Source of the DNA: Eledone cirrhosa
Taxonomy: Eukaryota
Reading direction: 5' to 3'
Assembly (NCBI GenBank): GCA_964016885.1
Contig: OZ024742.1
Coordinates: 107,446,001-107,510,000, forward strand
Length of the DNA stretch: 64,000 nt
Shown: positions 14,581 to 28,742 of the stretch, one piece after another
Position numbering within the stretch: the stretch's first letter is position 1
How the letters are laid out: each line of letters starts with the position of its first letter
Made by a program: the position numbers and the translations under genes
The notes under the pieces: generated by a model
What the model saw: only the letters and a program-made list of their open reading frames with translations
Database searches by the model: none
Told to the model about the DNA's origin: nothing

Positions 14581-16385
14581 TGTAATAATAATAAAATTGA
14601 AGACTAAAATCCAAAGAGGGCTCGATAAGGAAAATATATATCAAATATATAAGAACCGTAGAGCAAATGTTTATTAAAATAACAGATTAAAGTTTAAGCA
14701 AAGAATCGCTGCTTTCACCCTTAACGGGATCTTCTGAAACTAACAAAGTCAATCTGTAAACGCAGAACTGGATATTTCAAAAAACGTTGCAACCGGAGGA
14801 AGACAGGAAGACGATACTTTGGTTCGTGGTAACGTTCGCTGGCAAAGAACGGGAAAAAACGAATAATACGTCATTAATAGGAGCGGTGAAAAATAATTAC
14901 GCGCAAAGACAAAACCACGTTTATGGTATAAAAGAGGTTGTAGACTAATGTTCTCTTAGGTGGTGCATAGAGACATTCTCTGGCAATGAACGAAAAAACG
15001 AAGATAATAAGTCATATGTGGAGCGTGGAGAACAATAGCACGCAAAGACAAAACCACGTAAATGGTATAGCAGAAATTGTAGACTAAAATTCTAACTAGG
15101 AGACCAAATGAATCTCCGCTACAGAGTTAAGAACAAAGTAAATAAATACAATACAGAAGTAATAGAAACAAATAAATACATACACGCAAACAGATACATA
15201 CATACACAAGCATACGCAAAACCTTACCATGGGTATACAAAACCACGCACATATAAATATGTGTGTGTGTGTATGCTTGTGTACAAATAAATAAATAATT
15301 ATATAAAATTATATAAGTAAATAAATACGTATATAACAAGCGCACATGCATACCTACATATAAATACACGAATGTTCGGAGACGTAAGTCAACTAAAACA
15401 AGAAGTACACATATACACACACCCACCATACGTACGAACCTGCACACTCACGCGGACGCAAAACTCCCGTATACACATAGCCAAACCCTAAATACCAAAA
15501 TATGTAAAAATTATACGCTATAACAGTCAAATATACGTACGAGAAGGTATACATACCTTCACAAAACATACTGGTAATATATACTTGCCTATGCAAATAA
15601 GTAAAGGAATAAACAAAACATATACTTAGCTCCCACATCAAGACGTAAAATATCCACGTATAGATCGTGCTATCCGTTAGGGTATAACGTCGGGCTGTAA
15701 TACAGGAAAGTTTTGTGCAATTTATGTTTACAAGCCGAAATTGCCTCAGATTTTTTGTTTAAGATGTGGTCTGTAGCGTAGAGTATTTCCAGGGCCTCAG
15801 CGGCGCAGAGGTCACATGGTCTTTTATTTCCGTTATACGATCTAGCCCTAGCTAGGATCTCCCAGTGTAACTTATATTGGGTGTGGTTGTCTTTTAGACT
15901 CCAGATATAAGCTGAAAGTGACGTCATATTCCTTCTTAGAGGGTAACGAAAAGAATGGGTATGCATGTAAAGACGCTGCTTGAAACTATTGGCGGTTAAC
16001 CCTATGTAGGCCCTACGGGACGTGGGTGTTACAACCTTACATTTGTAGACAATATTACTAGAGAGGCATTTCCCGGATAGGGGGCAAACAGCCCGATTCC
16101 TACAATTACAGTTAGTACTAACTAGAGGGTTGCACGTGTTCCTACGGCTAGGTAGTTTAGCTAAATTTGAAGCTGTGATGTTATGTGCAAGGTTACGAGT
16201 CGTAGAGTAAGAAATTTTAATAGTATTTCTATTAAAAATTTTACTATATTTATGTGTAGGAGGAAAATGCTTCGTAATAAGGGAAAGAAAGATCTTAGCT
16301 AATGGTGTGGCCACCTCCATATTATATGGTGGGTTAAACCAACAAATGCGACGGGATCTATTTCTTCTAGGTCTTTAAACTTTAA
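14581..16385 (-). mobile_element. Penelope-like element 1, 5'-truncated; GIY-YIG endonuclease ORF 15670-16320 plus about 1 kb downstream region
   Basis: WFNPPY lies just upstream of the ORF. The ORF contains CNCR..CPLSGKC, NIVYKC..AYIGLTANSFKQRLYMH, TSLSAYIW, CDLC..E and LNKKSE..CKH, the C-terminal GIY-YIG pattern of PLEs. Confidence 0.88.
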
Positions 16386-16389
16386 TAAT

Positions 16390-18371
<1,982 letters not shown>

Positions 18372-18372
<1 letters not shown>

Positions 18373-18913
18373 CGGCGATGAATTAGTTTTGCGAGGTTTT
18401 TGATAAGAAATCGTGTGTTGAAACAAATATTCTTATACTTGGGCAGGGTCATATTTGTGTAATAATATTGCCAGAATTAATAACAGAACACACTCACTCT
18501 TTGGTTGCTTTTCGCTTCGGTGTCCTTTATATCGGTTAATTTAATTTATTCGGTCCTCAATGTTACCATTGACTGACCAACGGTAAAAAATACAGATACA
18601 ATATAGGCACAAACACATATATATAGTCTAATAATGTTCTTTCGTTGCACATCTGCAACATCGTCAGTGGTGCTATTGTTTCCTCCCGTTGCATTGTATT
18701 GCCTACGCCATCTTTATTTAGTCTGATTATTTATTTATTTGTTTATTTTTTGTCTTTGTGCATGCGTTTGCGTGTGTGTATAGTGTTTTGTTTGATGTGT
18801 GTTCGTGTTTGGGTGACTGTGTATTGGTTATTGTATTCTATCTTAGTTTACTAGTGTGTGTTTATATGTGTTTGTTGTTATTGTGTTTGTTGTTATTGTG
18901 TTTGTGTATGTAT

Positions 18914-18944
<31 letters not shown>

Positions 18945-20880
18945 TACTTCTCTTAGGTCAGTGTTGTTTGTTTGTGTGTTGTTATTCCATTTATTTTTTC
19001 TGTTTAGCCTTGGCCTTCTAAGTTCTATTTCGCTGGTCTCTCTGATTTGCCTATCTGCTGGGTCATTTCTATGTTTAGATATTATTCTAATTTCTATGTT
19101 GTCTATGTTACCGTCGTGTCGTCGTCTGGCATGTTCGTATAGTACTGAACCATTTTTTCGTCCTTTTAGTTCCCCCCCAGTGTTGGTCTATCCTTTCACC
19201 TATGCTACGAACTGTCTCGCCTATGTATGTTGTTGTCATGTTTCTGAGGTACCCTCTGTACATCTTATGCTATAGACTACGTTTCTAGTTTTACAGTTTA
19301 TCCGGGGGTTTACTTTACATGATACATTTCCTATTAGTACAGTGGATTTTCTTAAAAGGGTAGGTTTTGCTGATCAGGGATTTTATGGTGGTTCCTGGCT
19401 TTTCTACCACCTTAATCTTTAAGTGGGTCTTTCTCAGGGCCTTTCTACACTGGTTAGCTAATTTCCCTCCAGGGGTAGCGTCCACAAACATGACACTCTG
19501 GTATCTCTGGTTGTCGTAACATGAGGTGGCTTTCCCTATCTTATGTCTAGTCCTATCTAAGCTATTCCATGATTTGCTCCCGTATAATGGGCAAATTCCT
19601 TTCATGTCCAGTTCTATGAGAGTCTTATACTTCTCTGTGGCTCCATCGTATACTCTGACTCTGTCTCTTTGGTTGTAGCCAGAGAACTGCATGCGGTTGA
19701 TGAAGTGTTGGATGTGTCTTTCCATTTCTATTGGGTCGCACATGCGGAACACGTTCTTCATCACTCGTACCAAGTCTGCGATCAGAATATTAAACTTAGC
19801 ACTTCTGGACATTGCTGAGTTTTTGAGTATCAGGTATTTGGAGGCCATGGGTTTAGCATAGTGTGAGTGGAGAATTTGGGTTCTCTCGTCTATAGTGTTA
19901 ATCCAGAGTTCCGTGTCTAATACAGGTAGTCTATTGTTAGGGTGTTTGGAAGGGTAGTCGATAGTTACACTTATACTCTGGTGTATGGAATTAGCTATCT
20001 GCTGGATGCTTTCCATTGTGCTACGTTCTACATCAAATTTGTTAATGCTCTCTTGTGGGGATGTCCTTATTACTATATTGATGTCGTCTACATAACGAGA
20101 GTACATGATGAGGTCTATGGAGCTCTCATCAATGAGATCTTTAAGTCTCCTTTCCCACCATACCATTAAAAGGTTGGCAACGTCACCAGCTATGCTGACG
20201 CCAATGGCTGCTCCCTCATTTTGGGTGTAGATCTTCTCGTTGGATTTGAATATGTGGCCCTTTAGGGTAGTTTTGATACTAGCCAGCCCCTATTGCATGT
20301 GCGACCATTTTTCTTACCTGATCCTTGTTTTGGGGACTCCATATAGCTGGGAGTCTTTTTTGCCATTGAGGTTATGTGGGGGGGGGGGGGGTCTACCTCT
20401 TATGGGTCTACTGGGGCAGAAACGTCTAAGGTCATGGCTGTCTAGGTAGTCAGTGTCGTAGGTAAGTCTAAGTAGGAGGCCCAGTTCGTCTGTGTCGACG
20501 TCGCAGAACTCCACCTCACCCTCAGTGATCATCTCCACACATTTTTCCACAGCAAAAATCAATGTTAATGGATGGGTACAGTGATACTACATCCATACTG
20601 CCTATTATGCAGTTGGATAGGTTCTTGTTTTTGTTGCACTCACTGATTCTGCTGAGGAGGTCCTCTGTACTGTCACATACATCTGGGGACATCTTGATTA
20701 TGGGGCGTATAACCATTGAGAGGAAGTAGGAGATGCTGTAGTTGCTAGCTATATTTGCTCCGCATACAGGTCTTGTTGGTGGTCCTGTTGCTGGGTTGTC
20801 GACTCTTGTGGTCTTTGCGGAGCCCATACAAGGGTGGTATGCCATTGTACACAAATATGACCCTCCCCAAGTATAACAAT
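18372..20880 (-). mobile_element. Penelope-like element 2 (Naiad/Chlamys-like), frameshifted RT plus C-terminal GIY-YIG
   Basis: Minus-strand frames give LYGLRKDHK, GPPTRPVCGA, STEDLL, GSMDVVSLYPSI, YTQNEGAAIG, YSRYVDDI, LPVLD, KPMAS and FVDATPGG. After two frameshifts near 19200-19320 they give NVVYSIRC..YIGETVRSIGERIDQH..RQIRE..LNRKNKW. Clade assignment is from recalled motifs. Confidence 0.87.
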
Positions 20881-20912
<32 letters not shown>

Positions 20913-21174
20913 ATATATATATATATATAGGTATAGGTCCAGGAAAAAAGAGTGCTCTATATAGGTTACAGAGCTTATTAGTTATGTAATAAACAACATA
21001 AGATAATTATTTCATTTACCAGTGGTTTCTTGAAAGCAACCAAAATTGCTTTCATTCATCAGAATGAAAAAATCCTGGTGTCTTTACATTGGATTTGAAA
21101 AACAAAAATATAATAGATATGAAAGTGAGACTGGAGGAAAAAAAAAAGGGGGGGGGTGAAATATATATATATAC

Positions 21175-21218
<44 letters not shown>

Positions 21219-21699
21219 AAAAAAAGATTTTCTCGATAGGAAATTGATGTATTATTGGTAGCTTTTGTCTTGGGATGAATCAAACTATTTATCAATTCCA
21301 CAATGCTGAAGCTGCTTTCAGTAATAGGTTACATTTACAGGGCCAACTTAGCTATAGGGGTGCCCAGTTGCTTAAGGTCAGCTTGGTCACAAGGTCTTAA
21401 GATACAGTATGAATCCCTTGGCTAATTGTTTTGTTCTCTATTGATGTGAAGCTTTTGTATTCTCCATAGAAACTATGAAAACATTCTACAATGGATAATT
21501 AATAAACTAATCTTTGTTCAACAGTGACATAATACAGATACTGCATGTACAAACATCTCTCTTTTTTTTCTCTCTGTAAGAAATTGGCTGTTTTGATCTG
21601 GAGAGGGATTAGCTCTGTCATGTTTAAAAAATACCCAAGACACAGTGTGTCAGCATGGTGTCGTTAGGGTTTCATTAGGAGTTGTGGGTCTTTCTTTAT

Positions 21700-22136
21700 T
21701 TAACCCTTTAGCATTTACATTACTCTATATTTACTTTTGTATTTTTACGGTAAAGGCTTTACCTAATTATCTAACATTATATTGAAGCTATAGGTATATA
21801 AGGGCGATGGATTGGCAGTATCGGTAGAGGGTCGGACGCCATGCTTTGACGTGTAGAGTTACGGCCCTTGCCATTCTGAGTTCAAATCTCGCCGAGGTTA
21901 ACTTTGCCTTTCATCCTTACGGGGTCGATAAAATAAAGTACCAGTAATACACTGGGTAATTGCTGGCCTTGTGCCAAAAGTAGAAACAATTATATTGAAG
22001 CTATGAGATTTTGATGTTATTTATTTTGAGAACAATACCTAAACATCGATATGAGTGGCAGGTTATGGCCGGTTTGAACAGAAAGAGGTGAGAGAATTCG
22101 GGCTGGATACAGCCGGTTTAAATGCTAAAGGGTTAA
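21700..22136. mobile_element. piggyBac-type MITE (TTAA-CCCTTTAGCATTTA ... TAAATGCTAAAGGG-TTAA) interrupted by a SINE
   Basis: 14-bp perfect TIRs flanked by TTAA; uninterrupted relative at 35967-36194. Confidence 0.88.
21792..21988 (+). mobile_element. SINE type 2 with 16-bp TSD ATTATATTGAAGCTAT
   Basis: TGGCAGTATCGG A-box-like and GAGTTCAAATC B-box; body contains TTTGCCTTTCATCC..GGGTCGATAAAATAAAGTACCAG. TSD at 21776-21791 and 21989-22004. Confidence 0.88.
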
Positions 22137-22514
22137 ACTGATGATAGCTGTTTTATTTGTTCGTGAAGAAGGGTTGATTTGTAAAATGTAATCCTCTTTG
22201 TACCATTGCTATATACAGTATATATACGTAACACCCAAGAAGACTGGTACTAAAATGGTTAGCTTCCTACTGCAATTTTACTGATTACAATTCTACTACA
22301 GTATTACTGTAATTATCCTAGTAATACTAATTCATTAATTGTTGTTTTCTGTTACTTCAGTTAGTATCACTGCTGTTGATACTAAGTTTGTTTTTAATAC
22401 TATTACTATCACTGCTGCCATCACAACCGCCAATAAGTTTATGCCACTAATTCATTGCTACTATTGCTTTCACACCACAAGCTAATTGTCACTGCCGCCT
22501 TACCATCAACACAC

Positions 22515-25500
22515 CATAACCACTACCTCCATATTACCAACTGACAACAACCACTACCTCCATATTACCAACAGACCACAAGCACTACCTCCATATTACC
22601 AACTGACCACAACCACTACCTCCATATTACCAACTGACCACAACCACTACCTCCATATTACCAACTGACCACAAGCACTACCTCCATATTACCAACTGAC
22701 CACAAGCACTACCTCCATATTACCAACTGACCACAAGCACTACCTCCATATTACCAACTGACCACAAGCACTACCTCCATATTACCAACTGACCACAAGC
22801 ACTACCTCCATATTACCAACTGACCACAAGCACTACCTCCATATTACCAACTGACCACAAGCACTACCTCCATATTACCAACTGACCACAAGCACTACCT
22901 CCATATTACCAACTGACCACAAGCACTACCTCCATATTACCAATTGACCACAACCACTACCTCCATATTACCAACTGACCACAAGCACTACCTCCATATT
23001 ACCAACTGACCACAAGCACTACCTCCATATTACTAACTGACCACAAGCACTACCTCCATATTACTAACTGACCACAAGCACTACCTCCATATTACCAACT
23101 GACCACAAGCACTACCTCCATATTACCAACTGACCACAACTACCTCCATATTACCAACTGACCACAACCACTGCCTCCATATTACCAACTGACCACAACC
23201 ACTACCTCCATATTACCAACTGACCACAAGCACTGCCTCCATATTACCAACTGACCACAACCACTACCTCCATATTACCAATTGACCACAAGCATTACCT
23301 CCATATTACCAACTGACCATAACCACTACCTCCATATTACTAACTGACCACAACCACTACCTCCATATTACTAACTGACCACAACCACTACCTCCATATT
23401 ACCAACTGACCACAAGCACTACCTCCATATTACCAACTGACCACAACTACCTCCATATTACCAACTGACCACAACCACTACCTCCATATTACCAACTGAC
23501 CACAAGCACTGCCTCCATATTACCAACTCACCACAACCACTACCTCCATATTACCAACTGACCACAACCACTACCTCCATATTACCAACTGACCACAACC
23601 ACTACCTCCATATTACCAACTGACCACAAGCACTACCTCCATATTACCAACTGACCACAACCACTACCTCCATATTACCAACTGACCACAACCACTACCT
23701 CCATATTACCAACTGACCACAAGCACTACCTCCATATTACCAACTGACCACAAGCACTACCTCCATATTACTAACTGACCACAAGCACTACCTCCATATT
23801 ACCAACTGACCACAAGCACTACCTCCATATTACCAACTGACCACAAGCACTACCTCCATATTACCAACTGACCACAACTACCTCCATATTACCAACTGAC
23901 CACAACCACTGCCTCCATATTACCAACTGACCACAACCACTGCCTCCATATTACCAACTCACCACAACCACTACCTCCATATTACCAACTGACCACAAGC
24001 ACTGCCTCCATATTACCAACTGACCACAACCACTACCTCCATATTACCAACTGACCACAAGCACTGCCTCCATATTACCAACTGACCATAACCACTACCT
24101 CCATATTACTAACTGACCACAACCACTACCTCCATATTACCAACTGACCACAAGCACTACCTCCATATTACCAACTGACCACAAGCACTACCTCCATATT
24201 ACCAACTGACCACAAGCACTACCTCCATATTACCAACTGACCACAAGCACTACCTCCATATTACCAACTGACCACAAGCACTACCTCCATATTACCAACT
24301 GACCACAACCACTACCTCCATATTACCAACTGACCACAAGCACTACCTCCATATTACCAACTGACCACAAGCACTACCTCCATATTACCAACTGACCACA
24401 AGCACTACCTCCATATTACCAACTGACCACAAGCACTACCTCCATATTACCAATTGACCACAACCACTACCTCCATATTACCAACTGACCACAAGCACTA
24501 CCTCCATATTACCAACTGACCACAAGCACTACCTCCATATTACTAACTGACCACAAGCACTACCTCCATATTACTAACTGACCACAAGCACTACCTCCAT
24601 ATTACCAACTGACCACAAGCACTACCTCCATATTACCAACTGACCACAACGACCTCCATATTACCAACTGACCACAACCACTGCCTCCATATTACCAACT
24701 GACCACAACCACTGCCTCCATATTACCAACTGACCACAACCACTACCTCCATATTACCAACTGACCACAAGCACTGCCTCCATATTACCAACTCACCACA
24801 ACCACTACCTCCATATTACCAATTGACCACAAGCATTACCTCTATATTACCAACTGACCATAACCACTACCTCCATATTACTAACTGACCACAACCACTA
24901 CCTCCATATTACTAACTGACCACAACCACTACCTCCATATTACCAACTGACCACAAGCACTACCTCCATATTACCAACTGACCACAACTACCTCCATATT
25001 ACCAACTGACCACAACCACTACCTCCATATTACCAGCTGACCACAAGCACTGCCTCCATATTACCAACTCACCACAACCACTACCTCCATATTACCAACT
25101 GACCACAACCACTACCTCCATATTACCAACTCACCACAACCACTACCTCCATATTACCAACTGACCACAAGCACTACCTCCATATTACCAACTGACCACA
25201 ACCACTACCTCCATATTACCAACTGACCATAACCACTACCTCCATATTACCAACTGACCACAACCACTACCTCCATATTACTAACTGACCACAACCACTA
25301 CCTCCATATTACCAACTGACCACAACCACTACCTCCATATTACCAACTGACCACAACCACTACCTCCATATTACCATCTGACCACAACCACTACCTCCAT
25401 ATTACCAACTGACCACAACTACCTCCATATTACCAACTGACCACAACCACTACCTCCATATTACCAACTGACCACAACCACTGCCTCCATATTACCAACT

Positions 25501-27515
25501 GACCACAAGCACTGCCTCCATATTACCAACTGACCACAAGCACTACCTCCATATTACCAACTGACCACAAGCACTACCTCCATATTACCAACTGACCACA
25601 AGCACTACCTCCATATTACCAACTGACCACAAGCACTACCTCCATATTACCAACTGACCACAAGCACTACCTCCATATTACCAACTGACCACAAGCACTA
25701 CCTCCATATTACCAACTGACCACAAGCACTACCTCCATATTACCAACTGACCACAACCACTACCTCCATATTACCAACTGACCACAACCACTACCTCCAT
25801 ATTACCAACTGACCACAAGCACTACCTCCATATTACCAACTGACCACAAGCACTACCTCCATATTACCAACTGACCACAAGCACTACCTCCATATTACCA
25901 ACTGACAAGCACTACCTCCATATTACCAACTGACCACAAGCACTACCTCCATATTACCAACTGACCACAAGCACTACCTCCATATTACCAATTGACCACA
26001 ACCACTACCTCCATATTACTAACTGACCACAAGCACTACCTCCATATTACTAACTGACCACAAGCACTACCTCCATATTACCAACTGACCACAAGCACTA
26101 CCTCCATATTACCAACTGACCACAACTACCTCCATATTACCAACTGACCACAACCACTGCCTCCATATTACCAACTGACCACAACCACTGCCTCCATATT
26201 ACCAACTGACCACAACCACTACCTCCATATTACCAACTCACCACAACCACTACCTCCATATTACCAATTGACCACAAGCATTACCTCCATATTACCAACT
26301 GACCATAACCACTACCTCCATATTACTAACTGACCACAACCACTACCTCCATATTACTAACTGACCACAACCACTACCTCCATATTACCAACTGACCACA
26401 AGCACTACCTCCTATTACCAACTGACCACAACTACCTCCATATTACCAACTGACCACAACCACTACCTCCATATTACCAACTGACCACAAGCACTGCCTC
26501 CATATTACCAACTCACCACAACCACTACCTCCATATTACCAACTGACCACAACCACTACCTCCATATTACCAACTGACCACAACCACTACCTCCATATTA
26601 CCAACTGACCACAAGCACTACCTCCATATTACCAACTGACCACAACCACTACCTCCATATTACCAACTGACCACAACCACTACCTCCATATTACCAACTG
26701 ACCACAAGCACTACCTCCATATTACCAACTGACCACAAGCACTACCTCCATATTACTAACTGACCACAAGCACTACCTCCATATTACTAACTGACCACAA
26801 GCACTACCTCCATATTACCAACTGACCACAAGCACTACCTCCATATTACCAACTGACCACAACTACCTCCATATTACCAACTGACCACAACCACTGCCTC
26901 CATATTACCAACTGACCACAACCACTGCCTCCATATTACCAACTGACCACAACCACTACCTCCATATTACCAACTGACCACAAGCACTGCCTCCATATTA
27001 CCAACTCACCACAACCACTACCTCCATATTACCAATTGACCACAAGCATTACCTCCATATTACCAACTGACCATAACCACTACCTCCATATTACTAACTG
27101 ACCACAACCACTACCTCCATATTACTAACTGACCACAACCACTACCTCCATATTACCAACTGACCACAACCACTACCTCCATATTACCAACTGACCACAA
27201 GCACTACCTCCATATTACCAACTGACCACAACTACCTCCATATTACCAACTGACCACAAGCACTGCCTCCATATTACCAACTGACCACAAGCACTGCCTC
27301 CATATTACCAACTCACCACAACCACTACCTCCATATTACCAACTGACCACAAGCACTACCTCCATATTACCAACTGACCACAAGCACTACCTCCATATTA
27401 CCAACTGACCACAAGCGCTACCTCCATATTACCAACTGACCACAACCACTACCTCCATATTACCAACTGACCACAAGCACTACCTCCATATTACCAACTG
27501 ACCACAAGCACTACC
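22515..27515. repeat. 31-bp minisatellite (CACTACCTCCATATTACCAACTGACCACAA[G/C])n, about 160 units
   Basis: Period counted directly; occasional 28-bp deletion variants. Confidence 0.97.
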
Positions 27516-27524
27516 ACCACTACC

Positions 27525-28742
27525 ATACCCACTACTCACAGGTACTCCTCCCTACTCACTGGTACTACTCCCTACTCTGGTACTACTCCCTACTCACTGG
27601 CACTACTCCCTACTCACTGGTACTACTCCCTACTCACTGGTACTACCCCCTAGTCACTGGTACTACTCCCTACTCATTGGTACTACTCCCTACTCACTGG
27701 TACTACTCCCTACTCACTGGTACTACTCCCTACTCATTGGTACTACTCCCTACTCACTGGTACTACTCCCTACTACTACTCCCTCCTCACTGGTACTACC
27801 GCCTACTCACTGGTACTACCGCCTACTCACTGGTACTACTCCCTACTCACTGGTACTACCCCCTACTCACTGGCACTACCCCCTACTCACTGGCACTACC
27901 CCCTACTCACTGGCACTACTCCTTACTCACTGGCACTACTCCTTACTCACTGGCACTACTCCTTACTCACTGGCACTACTTACTCACTGGCACTACTCCT
28001 TACTCACTGGCACTACCCCCTACTCACAGGCACTAGCCCCTATTCACAGGCACTAGCCCCTATTCACTGGCACTACTCCCTACTCACTGGTACTACTCCC
28101 TACTCACTGGTACTACTCCCTACTCACTGGTACTATTCCCTTCTCACTGGCACTATCCCTTACTCACTGGCACTACTCCCTACTCACTGGTACCACCCCC
28201 TATTCACTTGCACTACTCCCTACTCACTGGTACTACTCCCTACTCACTGGTACTACTCCCTACTCACTGGTACTATTCCCTTCTCACTGGTACTATTCCC
28301 TTCTCACTGGTACTACTCCCTTCTCACTGGTACTACCCCCTATTCACAGGCACTACTCCCTACTCCTACTCCGTACTCACTGATACTACTCCCTACTCAC
28401 TGGTACTACCCCCTACTCACAGGAACTACTCCCTACTCACTGGCACTACTCCCTACTCACTGGTACTACCCCCTACTCACTGGTACTACCCCCTACTCAC
28501 TGGTACTACTCCCTAGTCACTGGTACTACTCCCTACTCACTGGTACTACTCCCTACTCACTGGTACTACTCCCTACTCATTGGTACTACTCCCTACTCAC
28601 TGGTACTACCCCCTACTCACTGGTACTACTCCCTAGTCACTGGTACTACTCCCTACTCACTGGTACTACTCCCTACTCACTGTAACTACCCCCCCCCCCC
28701 CCCCCCCCACACACACTCACAGGCAGTACCACCTACTCACCA
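27525..28742. repeat. 20-bp minisatellite (TACTACTCCCTACTCACTGG)n
   Basis: Period counted directly; abuts the 31-bp array. Confidence 0.96.

Noticed and set aside
19235-19240. In-frame TGA (selenocysteine) in the PLE-2 GIY-YIG region
   Set aside because: The TGA appears only because of a 1-nt deletion before the YIG motif; in the corrected frame it reads ATG ACA.
27677-28516. ORFs rich in LLTGTTPYS/THWYY
   Set aside because: Translations of the 20-bp satellite.
22515-28742. CRISPR-like regular repeats
   Set aside because: Units are head-to-tail with no unique spacers and there are no cas genes; this is a eukaryotic minisatellite.
27525-28742. Interstitial telomeric repeat
   Set aside because: The minus strand has GTAGGG once per 20 bp, not tandem TTAGGG.
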